In this document: positions 12,243 to 23,371 of the stretch, piece after piece
Layout: every line of letters starts with the position of its first letter
Position numbering within the stretch: the first letter of the stretch is position 1
Assembly: GCF_902713615.1 (NCBI RefSeq)
Contig: NW_024056028.1
Location: 1-64,000 of the forward strand
DNA: 64,000 bases
Source of the DNA: Scyliorhinus canicula
Taxonomy: Eukaryota
Reading direction: 5' to 3'
Notes under the pieces: generated by a model
What the model was told of the DNA's origin: nothing
Databases searched by the model: none
The model's input: only the letters and a program-made list of their open reading frames with translations
Translations under genes and position numbers: made by a program

Positions 12243-13059
12243 AATATTAATCATGCAATGGGTTACGTCTCATTTATTACCGCACCCCTCCATATCTCTG
12301 TTTAAAACAAAATAGATCCTTTCTCAGTTCTCTCTAAATTAGACCCTCTCCGTGTTTTTATCTTTCGGTATTATTCCAGTTATTAATACATCAGATCATG
12401 CTTCTGTGGCCTGAATAATTTACTCTAGTTGAGTTTTCACTTGTAGTTAGACCATGTATTTATTTATATTTTACTGCACATTGTGTTTCATAGTATTACA
12501 TTCATCCCTGCTTCAGTTATCACTGTACTTAACCGTGTACCAAGTTTTATTATACTTGGTCTTGTCTCTGGAATGATTGTACAGGACCATGTTTCGTTTT
12601 ACCTTTCCCCCAGCATTGTATCTGTGTATATAATTCTATCTACAGATAAACATTTGAATAAGAAGGACCATGTTTCTGTACATACTACAATTCACCCATT
12701 CTCAGTTATGACTGCACGAGACTGTGTTTACTGTTTTAACAAATAGGTGCAGTCACATTCAGAAATGCACTGAGCAACGCCTCTCTCTACTGCAATTGAC
12801 TCTTTTTTAATCATTGCATTAGACCTTATATCTATTAATATTACATTATGTGCGGATTAATTAATTGATGCATGAATCCGTGCTGCTATACATGTAAGAA
12901 GTCACCATTTCGAAGCAGTTGTTCAACTGCAGCAAGTCTCCATTTATATTATGTTGAGCCCATTCTCTGATATTATTTTGTTAGACTCGATTTCATTCAG
13001 GGCTGAAGTCTTCCCCCACAGAATAATGCGCCAGATTTACTTTCATTGATTACCGTACA

Positions 13060-14853
13060 ATCAACATCCTGGGGGTTGTCATTGACCGGAAACTGAACTG
13101 GACAAGCCAGCCGAATGATGTGGCTGCCAGAGCCGTTCAAAGTGTAGAGATCCGGTGGCGAGTAATTCACATCCCGATTGCCCAAAGCCTGTCCATCACC
13201 TGCTAGGCAAAAGTCTGAAGTGTAATGGAATAAAAGCTCCACTTCTCTGGAGTGCAGCTCCAACAAATCTCAAGAAGCTTTCCACAATCATGGACATCGG
13301 TAAAGCATTTGATAAAGTTTCCCATGGCAGGTTGATGGAAAAAGTGAAGTCGTATGGGGTTCAGGGTGTACTAGCTAGATGGATAAAGAACTGGCTGGGA
13401 AACAGGAGACAGAGAGTAGTGGTGGAAGGGAGTGTCTCAAAATGGAGAAAGCTGACTAGTGGTGTTCCACAGGGATCCGTGCTCGGACCACTGTTGTTTG
13501 TGATATATATAAATGATCTGGACGAAGGTATAAGTGGTCTGATGAGCAAGTTTGCAGATGATACTGAGATTGGTGGATTTGCAGATAGCAAGGCGGACTG
13601 TCAGAGAATACAGTAAAATACAGATAGATTGGAGTGTTGGGCAGAGAAATGGCAGATTGAGTTCAATCCAGGCAAATGCGAGGTGATGCATTTTGCAAGA
13701 TTTAACTCAAGAGCAGACTGTATGGTCAATGGAAGAGTCCTGGGGAAAATTGATGTCCAGAGAGATCTGGGAGCCCAGGTCCATTGTACCCTGAAGGTGG
13801 CAACGCAGGTTGATAGAGTGGTCAAGAAGGCATACAGCATGCTTGCCTTCATCGGATTGCGTATTGAGTACAAGAGTCAGCAGGTCATGTTACAGTTGTA
13901 TCGGACTTTGTTTAGGCCACATTTGGAATACTGTGTGCAGTTCTGGTCGCCACGTTACCAGAAGGATGTAGATGCCTTGGAGAGGGTGCAGAGGAGGTTC
14001 ACCAGGATGTTACCTGGTATGGAGGGTGCTAGCTATGAAGAAAGGTTGAGTAGATTAGGATTGTTTTCGTTGGAAAGATGGAGGTTGAGGAGAGACCTGA
14101 ATGAGGTCTACAAAATTATGAGAGGTATGGACAGGGTGGATAGCAACAAGCTTTTTGCAAGAGTAGGGGTGTCAGTTACAAGGGGTCACGATTTCAAGGT
14201 GAGAGGTGAAAAGTTTAAGGGAGATGTGCATGGAAAGTTTTTTACGCAGAGGGTGGTGGGTGCCTGGAATGCTTTGCCAGCGGAGGTGGTAGAGGCGGGT
14301 ACGATAGCATCATTTAAAATGCATCTGGGCAGATATATGTACAGGTGGGGAACAGAGAGAAGTAGACCTTGGTAAATAGGCAACAGGTTTAGATAAAGGA
14401 TCTGGATCGGCGGAGGCTGGGAGGGCCGAAGGGCCTGTTCCTGTGCTGTAATTTTCTTTAACTTTGTACCATCCAGGACAAATCAGTCGCTTGATTGTTG
14501 CCATCCACAAGATTTACTGTTGGAACTAATGAAGGTTTCATATTCAGCACCTACCAGACCCACGGCTACAACCATCAACAAGGACAAGAACAGCAGATAC
14601 TTTGGAACACCAACACCTGGAGGTTCCTCTCCAAGTCACTCAACACTTTGACTTGGAAATATATCGCCGTTCCTTCACTGTGGCTGAGTGATAATACTGG
14701 ATTTCTCTCGCTAATACAGTATGGGTGTAACTGCATATCGGGGACTGCAGCGATTCAAATGGCAGCTCACCACCACCTTCTGAATGGCAACTTGGGATGG
14801 GCCATAATTGCTGACCCAATCAGTGGTGCCATATCGCGCAAATGAATGAAAAA
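13060..14853 (+). mobile_element. Old CR1-group (L2/Crack-like) LINE 3' region, interrupted by a younger CR1 at 13293-14458
   Basis: 13066 onward reads ILGVVIDRKLNWTS..SLS.. with stops; resumes at ~14465 (accatccaggacaaa); tail runs to the gap. Confidence 0.6.
13293..14458 (+). mobile_element. Relatively young 5'-truncated CR1 LINE (RT C-terminal half, one stop at 13614-13616)
   Basis: [38 protein letters not shown] (RT core), then PHLEYCVQFWSP..FFTQRVVGAWNALP; CR1 tail to 14458. Confidence 0.92.
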
Positions 14854-15176
14854 NNNNNNNNNNNNNNNNNNNNNNNNNNNNNNNNNNNNNNNNNNNNNNN
14901 NNNNNNNNNNNNNNNNNNNNNNNNNNNNNNNNNNNNNNNNNNNNNNNNNNNNNNNNNNNNNNNNNNNNNNNNNNNNNNNNNNNNNNNNNNNNNNNNNNNN
15001 NNNNNNNNNNNNNNNNNNNNNNNNNNNNNNNNNNNNNNNNNNNNNNNNNNNNNNNNNNNNNNNNNNNNNNNNNNNNNNNNNNNNNNNNNNNNNNNNNNNN
15101 NNNNNNNNNNNNNNNNNNNNNNNNNNNNNNNNNNNNNNNNNNNNNNNNNNNNNNNNNNNNNNNNNNNNNNNNNNNN
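14854..15176. other. Assembly gap (323 N)
   Basis: Run of n characters. Confidence 0.99.
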
Positions 15177-15184
15177 TACTAAAT

Positions 15185-15868
15185 ACTTTTCTTTCGTTCA
15201 CGGGATTTGGATGTCGCTGGCTGATCCTACAGTTCGTACCCATCCCTGAGGGTATTTCAGAGTCAACGACATTGCTGTGGGGTCATCTGGAGTCATACTT
15301 AGGTCAGACTAGTTACGAAGGACATCAATGAACAGATGGGTTTTGATTACACACGGCATTGGTATCATGGTCATCATTAGACTTCTAATTGCTACCGTGG
15401 GCAGCACGGTAGCATTGTGGATAGCACAATTGCTTCACAGCTCCAGGGTCCCAGGTTCGATTCCGGCTTGGGTCACTGTCTGTGTGGAGTCTGCACATCC
15501 TCCCCGTGTGTGTGTGTTTCCTCCGGCTGCTCCGGTTTCCTCCCACAGTCCAAAGATGTGCAGGTTAGGTGGATTGGCCATGCTAAATTGCCCTTAGTGT
15601 CCAAAATTGCCCTTAGTGTTGGGTGGGGTGACTGGGTTATGGGGATAAGGTTGAGGTGTTAACCTTGGGTAGGGTGCTCTTTCCAGGAGCCGGTGCAGAC
15701 TCGATGGGCTGAATGGCCTCCTTCTGCACTGTAAATTCTATGATCTATGAATTCCAGATCTTTCTTGATTGAAATTTCACCACCCGCCATGGTGGGAGCC
15801 CAGGTCCCCAGAGCTTGACTCTGGGTCTCTGGATTACTAGTCCAGCGACAATACCACTGCACCACTGC
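15185..15868 (-). mobile_element. SacSINE1/DeuSINE-like SINE, split by an HE1 SINE at 15399-15749
   Basis: Reverse head ggcagtggtgcagtggtattgtcgctggactagtaatccagaga at ~15825-15868; body gggtcatctggagtcatac and tail at 15185-15390. Confidence 0.6.
15399..15749 (+). mobile_element. Full-length HE1/V-SINE with CR1-derived tail
   Basis: gggcagcacggtagc head, complete V-domain, tail gaatggcctccttctgcactgtaaattctatgatctatga. Confidence 0.9.
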
Positions 15869-16395
15869 CTTGTGCGTGGAACGGGGCACTCACTTGTGTT
15901 TGGAAGAATATATTTTGTCGTGTTAATAACTATTAGTTGTTATGGAAGTTCGTTGCAAAGGCAAATACACCTTGAAAACTACTGCAGATCTGTTCTCATC
16001 TCTTTGTTTCAGACTGCACATCGATTAATTAATGTCTCTGTTCTCTCTCAGCCTTAATTCACTTACAAAAGCTTAATGAATAACTATTTGGTGTTGTGTG
16101 ATTGGTCTGGTAATGGATGTGCAATATTTTGCTGCAAGGTCGAGCGAATCTTGTGACCTTCACTTCATCACCAGGCTGAGGAACAGAAACACATGAGCCA
16201 TATTGAACGTCATAATGCACAACACAGTCATAAACTCCATTGTGTTAGATATGACTAATTCAGACTTGTGTTCATCTGTGGCAATTACCCACTGTTTCCA
16301 TTCATGGTCCGAATTGTCTTTCACCCTTTTTGCTGAATGGATTTCTGTTTGCTTTTGGTGTGGCCGGTGATTGTTAGAGACAGAGTCTGAAACTG

Positions 16396-16446
16396 TGTGT
16401 ATGTATGTGTGTGTGTGTGTGTGTCTGTGTGTGGATATGTGTGTGC
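16396..16446. repeat. (GT)n microsatellite, imperfect
   Basis: tgtgtgtatgtatgtgtgtgtgtgtgtgtgtctgtgtgtgg. Confidence 0.8.
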
Positions 16447-16565
16447 CTGGATGTCTATGTGGGCCGGTTAGTCTGGAACACATCATTATTCATTGTTTGC
16501 AAAATGGCGTTGCCAATAATTGCAATTATTTTTCAGCACATGACGACATTTTATTGAGATATTGA

Positions 16566-16746
16566 GGGGCTGGTTTAGCTCACTGGGCTAAATCGCTGGC
16601 TTTTAAAGCAGACCAGCAGCACGGTTCGATTCCCGTACCAGCCTCCCCGGACAGGCGCCGGAATGTGGCGACTAGGAGCTTTTCACAGTAACTTCATTGA
16701 AGCCTACTCGTGACAATAAGCGATTTTCATTTTTCATTTCATTTCA
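16566..16746 (+). mobile_element. Short tRNA-derived SINE (ggggctggtttagctc type)
   Basis: A/B boxes followed by tail gaatgtggcgactagg..cacagtaacttcattgaagcctactcgtgacaataagcgattttcattttc; related copies at 21303-21400, 35685-35853, 39437-39616, 42220-42322 and 63700-63869. Confidence 0.85.
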
Positions 16747-17459
16747 GATTACCTTCCACATCCTACGCTACGCTCAATATGTACTTGTAATGTATTGTCT
16801 TGACTGATCTAGACAGTAATATCATGCTGTCCATTCCATTGAAAAGGCAAATGTATCGTTCAAATTACTTACATATCGGTTCACCTCGCTTTCTCTGTCT
16901 CAGGCTGCATCTAAATCAGTTGAACCCTCTTCTGTCTCTCAGACTTAACTCACTTACACAGGCATACATCAGCCGAGTCTGGCATCTAGTGTTCAAATGG
17001 CACCTAATGTTTAAATCTTTTTTGCTGAAGGCCCTTCTGAAAATAATTAAGCACCAAAACGTCATCAGAGGAGAATTATGTGCCAGAAAGGCACCAGCTC
17101 ATTCACTTAACCGCTCTCTCTCCCCCCTCTCACTCTCCCCCCCTCTCTCTCTCTCCCCTCTCACTCCCCCCTCTCCCCCCCCCCCCTCTCCTCCCTCTCT
17201 CTCGCTCTGACATCAAGTGACATCAAACTTTCTACATTAGTATAACCTCTGTTCACAAATTGTTGCTTTAATTTCCCTTCATCTCTCCAGATTATTATTA
17301 GTATTATGACCAGTGAAGATCATCTGTGCATCTCCCGATCGGTTACTGTGTTTTTAAACAAATAATCTAACATTTTAAAAGGAAACGGGATGAATGTAAT
17401 GCTGAGACCGGCAGCAATCTGTGTGGGTGTTCTTGATGCTGTCAGAGTGAGTTCACCCT

Positions 17460-17720
17460 CACAGGCAGGAAGACTGTTCACGGTGATAACATGAAACTGA
17501 CGCCTGCTGTTTCATTCTCAGGTAACACAACTTCCTGTTTCTCTGCTGCCGGTTCCAAACCGCACATCTCACTTCTGGGCAGAAAATAAATCCAGGGACC
17601 ACAATCTGGTGAGAACATCTGTTAATGCGGCTTATACCTGCCCACATAGTAAGTGCAGACTCACACAGATCACATTGCGGTGACATTTACAAATGAACCT
17701 GTTGTGATCTGTTCAAAGCT
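17460..17720. promoter_or_regulatory. Candidate T-cell enhancer (RUNX, ETS, TCF and E-box cluster)
   Basis: RUNX motifs at 17558-17564, 17597-17603 and 17676-17681; ETS acttcctgtt at 17530-17539 and caggaag at 17466-17472; TCF/LEF ttcaaag at 17712-17718; E-boxes at 17616 and 17690. Motif evidence only. Confidence 0.3.
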
Positions 17721-18574
17721 TCCATTCCAGGACATAACTGAATGGTCAGTGGATCAGTGACTGAGTTTCCCCGGTTCTGTGAAGCCAGAAAATTATATCT
17801 TGTTGCATTTCACTATTTTATCATTCTCCCTCTCCGTGTGTAATTTGTTTTTACTGTTTCTCAGTTTTTATCTCTCAACACAGCGTCTCTCTTTCTCATT
17901 TCTTCGCTCAGTTTCACTCTCTCTCTCTCTGTATCTTTCTCCATCTTTATGTGTTCCATTTAATTAAATTGCTAAAAAAAAACATCAAGGTTTGAATAGA
18001 GTAACTAAAGAGAGACTATTACAACTGGCAGGAGGGTCTGTAACAAGAGGACACAGATTTACTGTATTGAACAGGAGGATTGTTTTGACACAGCGAGTTG
18101 TTATAAACTGGAACACACAAGGGGAAATTATGATGTAATCAGATTTAACAGCAACTTTGGAAAATGATGGATAAATATTTGAAGGTATTAAGATTTGAAG
18201 GATGAGAGGGAATGGGACCAGTTGGATGGTTCATCACTAATCATTGTCCCAGCACTTTTTCTGTATCTACCTCTGCCCTGCATTGAGGCCGAATATAATA
18301 CAATCATTACACAGCTTTACTCTTGTGCTAATCCTGGCTTTAGGCAGAACCTGGGTGTGTGCAGATAATTACCACGAATCTTTCAGAGGGTCGTTGCTGT
18401 TTACAATCCACTACTTTGGACAAAGTAACAGCGAATAGCACTTGTTTCGAAAAAGGACAATTATCGTTAACATTTGTGGCACTAATTCTTCTTGTGGTGA
18501 GGCTTTGGCTTTTAGTCTTTGTGTCCGAAACTGATGATTTAAACCTAAGTGCCCACAATTTGAGACTGTACGTT

Positions 18575-18782
18575 GGTACAGTGGTTAGCACTGCGGCCTG
18601 CGCTTCTGAGGACCCGAGTTCGATCCCGGTCCTGGGTCACTATCCGTGTGGAGGTTGCATGTTCTCCCTGTGATTGCTTGGGTTTCACCCCCACAACCCA
18701 AAGCTGTGAAGGGTCGGTGGATTGGCCACGCGAAATTACCCTTTGATTGAAAATATAAATAAATGCGTACTCTAAATTTACA
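18575..18782 (+). mobile_element. HE1/V-SINE
   Basis: gtggttagcactgcggcc..gagttcgatcccgg, V-domain, tail tactctaaattt. Confidence 0.8.
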
Positions 18783-19094
18783 AAAGAAATGTCGTGTTCA
18801 TAAGCTGCCGGAACCGGCTCTCGCGTGTCTGTGTAAATGGAGAACTGTTCGTAACAATAAGAGGAAACAGATGTTTTTGTTTCCGCCGATAGATACACCA
18901 TTATAGGGTCTGCCATAATTGTCCTCCCATTGGGTATAAACGATCCGAGGTGGAGTCAATCACACGCACCTCACTCAATGAAGTTTCCAATCCGCTTTTC
19001 CCACACACATCCCTGTCACTCAGCATGATAATGAAGCCTGGGCGAGGGCCCGGAGCATCATTGCTTTCTGATAGTTTCACTTCAAGATTATCAA

Positions 19095-19640
19095 CAGTCT
19101 CTGTTATTGATACATTGGAGCCGGTCTCTGTGATTATTATTATACCAGATCCCAGTCTGACCCCGGGCCCGGAAGTCTCTGTTATTGATACACTGGAGCC
19201 GGTCTCTGTGATTATTATTATACCAGACCCCAGTCTGACCCCGGGCCCGGCAGTGTCTGTTACTGATACACTGGAGCCTGTCTCTGTGATTATTATTATA
19301 CCAGACCCCAGTCTGACCCCGGGCCCGGCAGCCTCTGTTATTGATACACTGGAGCCGGTCTCTGTGATTATTATTATACCAGACCCCAATCTGACCCCGG
19401 GCCCGGCAGTCTCTGTTATTGATACACTGGAGCCGGTCTCTGTGATTATTATTATACCAGACCCCAGTCTGACCCCGGGCCCGGCAGTCTCTGTTATTGA
19501 TACACTGGAGCCTGTCTCTGTGATTATTATACCAGACCCCAGGCTGACCCCTGGCCCGGCAGTCTCTGTTATTGATACACTGGAGCCGGTCTCTGTGATT
19601 ATTATTTTCCCGGACCCCAGTCTGACCCCGGGCCCGGCAG
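19095..19640. repeat. 78-bp minisatellite, 7 units
   Basis: Units start at 19095, 19173, 19251, 19329, 19407, 19485 and 19560; the sixth unit is 75 bp. Confidence 0.95.
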
Positions 19641-19730
19641 TTGGAAATCCCTTGACAGATCCAATGAGATTGAAGTTTCTTGTTTTTTTTCAATGTTGGC
19701 AGGAACGTAAACTTTAATGATGTTCCAGGA

Positions 19731-19925
19731 GAGCGTCACGGAGGTGCGCTGGTTAGCACTACTGCCTCACGGCGTTGAGGACCCGGGTTCGAACCCGTCC
19801 CCGGGTCATGTCTGTGTGGAGTTTGCACATTCTGCCCGAGTCTCACTCCACAACCCAAAGGCATGAAGGATGGTGGATTGGCCAGGCCATATGCCCCTTC
19901 ATTGGAAATAAATTACTTAAAGAAT
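19731..19925 (+). mobile_element. HE1/V-SINE, internally deleted
   Basis: ggttagcactactgcctcacgg..gggttcgaaccc, V-domain start, cacaacccaaag. Confidence 0.75.
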
Positions 19926-20044
19926 GACGTCCCACGAACCCGTCTTTCGCTGGATGGAGAGATTGTTCAGAGTTGTTCTGTCCTTCACCCTTTGGATTCT
20001 GAGGCGGGTAGACGGGGTACATCGAGCGAGGATGTTTCCACTCA

Positions 20045-20350
20045 TGGGATAGTGTAGGCCCAGAGGGCAGGGACACAGAATAAGCCGGATTTGAGGAAGG
20101 TTTTGTTCTCTGAAAGAGTGATGAATCTTGTGAATTCGTCACCCCAGGAAGCTGTGGAGACCGAGTCCTTGACCATTTGCACGGCTGATATCGAAAGGTT
20201 TTAACCAGTCAGGAATAAAGGTTCATGGAATTTATGCTGGAATGCGGATTTAGTGAGTGTTCGATTAGCCATGAATGGGAACCTATTAAATGGTGAAGCG
20301 GGAACGAAGGGCTGAATGGCCGACTTTTGTTCCTATTTCTTCTGGTCTTA
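20045..20350 (+). mobile_element. Decayed CR1 3' end
   Basis: ttctctgaaagagtgatgaatcttgtgaattc..gaagggctgaatggccgacttttgttcctatttcttctggtcttatg. Confidence 0.55.
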
Positions 20351-21919
20351 TGGTCCCCTCAATGCAGTTGAGTCGAAGAAAATAATGGATACAAAAAACA
20401 AGGATTTTCATCCAAACTATCACCGTGAGAATTGAGAGTCAGGGGTGAGAGTGTCACTAACGAATTAATGGCCACAAAACCTGTTTGCATTTCCCATTAC
20501 ATTAGTACAAAGGTAACACACCACACATACTAGAAATCTAAAATAAACACATAAAGTGCTGGAAAGTCTCAGCAGATCAGAAAGTGGGTGGAAATCTATT
20601 TGCTTTTCATATATTCATATTATTTCCGCCCTCACAATAAGGTGTAGAGAGGGTGAAGGATTTTGGAGGCTGTTTAATAACCCGTTTCAGTTGCACGAAC
20701 ACTCCTTCCATGGTCACCAAACCCTGGAGTGGAATTTGAACCCACGTCAAACAGCTCCGCAACAGAAGTTCGGCAAAATGTGCTACGCTGGCGGGTCGTA
20801 TTTTCAGAGAGAAATTCAGTGAGTTTCAGGTGGATGAACCTGGTGCTGATATTCTGTCAGTGACATGAAACGTGAACTCTGTTTCTCTCCTCAGATTCTG
20901 CCTGACATGCAGGGAAATTCCAGCGATTTCGTTTTTTTTTTGCCATTACACTAACTTCATCCAGTCCATATTGAAATGGTGCTTGATTCTGTAATTAAGC
21001 ATTTGCGGAAAAATCTGATATATCAATAGGCGCTTAAACATTGGCTATGATGCAATAGGCGCTGTCTGTCTCTCTCTCACACATACACATGGTTATTTTA
21101 TACATAACTTTGATTGGCTGTACTTCACCATCAGACCGGGGCCAGTGATGTGTTCAATAATGTACTGCAGGTTGTAACTTTTAAAATTGCATAAATCTCT
21201 ATTATTTGCATTTAAACTAAGTATGCAATAAGGGTGGACACAAAGACGCTATCTATGTGATGGTTAAACTAATAGCCTATCTGCCATTCAGGTTTTAATG
21301 AAAAAATGAAAATGAAAATGAAAACGCTTATTGTCACGAGTAGGCTTCAATGAAGTTACTGTGAAAAGCCCCTAGTCGCCACATTCCGGCGCCAGTCCGG
21401 TTAGAATGGTACGGGAATGCTTTGATTCTCTATTTTTAGATCCATTATTATTTACGTCCCCGAAGACGTGTTTGTTAGGTGAATTGGACATTCTGAATTC
21501 TCCCTCAGTGTGCCCGAACAGACGCCCGTGTGTGGCGACTGGGGGACTTTCACAGTAACTTAATTGCAGTGTTAATGAAAGCCTACTTTTGACCACAATA
21601 AAGGTTATTATCATTATTTCTGGGAACTCTGTCCCTGTCGGTTCTAAGAGGCTGTTTCCTGTATTGCTATTTTGACCTATTCCAATTATTATTGTACAAA
21701 GTATTTTTCCGATTATGACCACACAAATACACGCTTATTCCAATCCTAGATCAGGTGCTGACTTTCTTATGCCTACGTAATCCATATATCAATAAACTTT
21801 ATTTCTCTCATGACTAGTTCGTGTGATCACTACTTTAGCATATATATCTGTCTATAGTGGACCAGATCCTGTATCTGCGCTCTATTGTTTAATTCATTGA
21901 TGGGATGGGAGCGTGACTA

Positions 21920-22810
21920 GTTAGGTCAACGTTGCTTTTCGATCTCTAGTTGCCCTTCAGAAGGTGGTGGTGAGTTGCCTCTTAAATCGCTGCAGTTCCT
22001 AACATATAGGTACAGCCACAGAACTGTTAGGGAGGGAATTCCAGCATAATGACCCAGCGAAAGCGACATAACGGCGATATATTTCCAAGTCAGGGTGGTG
22101 AGTGGCTTGAAGGTGATCCCAGGTATCTGCTGCATTTGTCCTTCCAGGTGGCAGTGGTTATGGGTTTGCAAGATGCTGCCGAAGGAAGCTTGTTGAGTTG
22201 CTCGAGTGCATCTTTTAGAGGGGACAGAAAGCTGCGATTATTCGTCGGTTGGAGGGATATAACGTTTTTGGAAGGGTAACAATCAAGCGGGCTCTTTTCT
22301 CCCGGATGGTGTCTTGCTTCTCGAATGCTGTTGGAGCTGCACTCATCCAGACAAGTGGAGAGTATTCCATTGCACTCCTGACTTGTGCCCTGATGATGGT
22401 GGACAGGCTTTGGGGACAGGAAGTGAGTTACTCGCGGCAGGATTCCTCGCCTTTAACCTGTTCAGGTCGCAACAGTATTTATATGGCGAGTCCAGTTCAG
22501 TTTCCGAGCAACAGCAGCCCCCTGGAGGCTGATAATGGGAATTCTCTGATGGAAATGCCATTGAATATCATGGGGAGATGGTTAGATCTTCCCGTGTTAG
22601 AGCGGGCATTGCCTGCACTTGCCACTTGTTAGTCCAGCCTGAATATTGTCCGGCTCTTGTTGCATTCTGACATGGATTGCATCTGATGAGTCGCAAAAGG
22701 TGTTGAACATTGTGCAGTCAAAGGCAAACATGCTCCCTTTTCTCCTTGTGATGGACGATAGGTCATTCATGAAGCAGCTGGATATGGTTGGGCCCAGACC
22801 ACTACCCTGA
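21920..22810 (-). mobile_element. Old CR1-group (L2/Crack-like) LINE 3' region
   Basis: Reverse complement of the 13060-14853 family (gagtattccattgcactcctgacttgtgccc..atggtggacaggctttgggg..agtccagttcagttt). Confidence 0.6.
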
Positions 22811-22929
22811 GGAACGTGGCAGCTTCAGGCAAAGCAATAATTGAGACAGTGGCTCAGATAATACAAACGGTAACATGTTCTGGTTTAGTATCCTGTGGAA
22901 ATTGAATCTAGTGAAGTAACATTTGAGAC

Positions 22930-23225
22930 ATGGACTATTACAGTGGTCAGTACTATCCCTTCACAGCGTCAGGGCCCCAGGTTCAATTCCCGGCTGGGGT
23001 CAATGACTGCGTGGAGTCTGCACGTCACTGTCTGCGTGGGTTTCCACCGGGTGCTCCGGTTTCCTCCCACATGTCCTGAAAGATGTGCTGTTAGATGAAT
23101 TGGGTATTCTGAATTCTCCCCCTGTGTACCCGAACAGCTGCCGGAGTGTTGCGACGAGGGGCGTTTCACAGTAACTTCATTGCAGTGTTAATGTAAGCCT
23201 ACTTGTGACAATAAAGGTTATAATT
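22930..23225 (+). mobile_element. HE1/V-SINE with the cacagtaacttcattgcagtg tail
   Basis: Head, V-domain, tail gtaacttcattgcagtgttaatgtaagcctacttgtgacaataaagg. Confidence 0.8.
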
Positions 23226-23371
23226 TGTAATAATAAATGAGATATGATCCCATGCTATACTAACTTCCTGAGTACTTAGAGTAATATAAAGTGGCCTTTG
23301 GTTCAGCATATAAACTGCTGGGATTGAGCGGAGTACAGTAACAACTGACACCTGCTGTCATAAAATCAGAA

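Noticed and set aside
14767-15331. Long ORFs in the supplied track
   Set aside because: They are artefacts of translating through the N gap.
15890-15945. LVFGR-containing stretch resembling a TCR J segment
   Set aside because: It lacks the FGxG motif, an upstream 12-RSS and a downstream splice donor.
16160-16486. Minus-strand ORF ending in a hydrophobic stretch, considered as a TCR constant transmembrane exon
   Set aside because: It lacks the conserved Arg/Lys pattern of TCR alpha/delta transmembrane regions, starts in a microsatellite and has no supporting Ig-C exon.
16860-17010. Two minus-strand gtaagt donor-like sites about 80 bp apart
   Set aside because: No convincing acceptor or reading frame; cannot be supported without transcript data.
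19095-19640. CRISPR-like or J-segment array interpretation of the regular repeat
   Set aside because: The units are contiguous near-identical 78-mers with no unique spacers, RSSs or FGxG motifs, and the DNA is eukaryotic.
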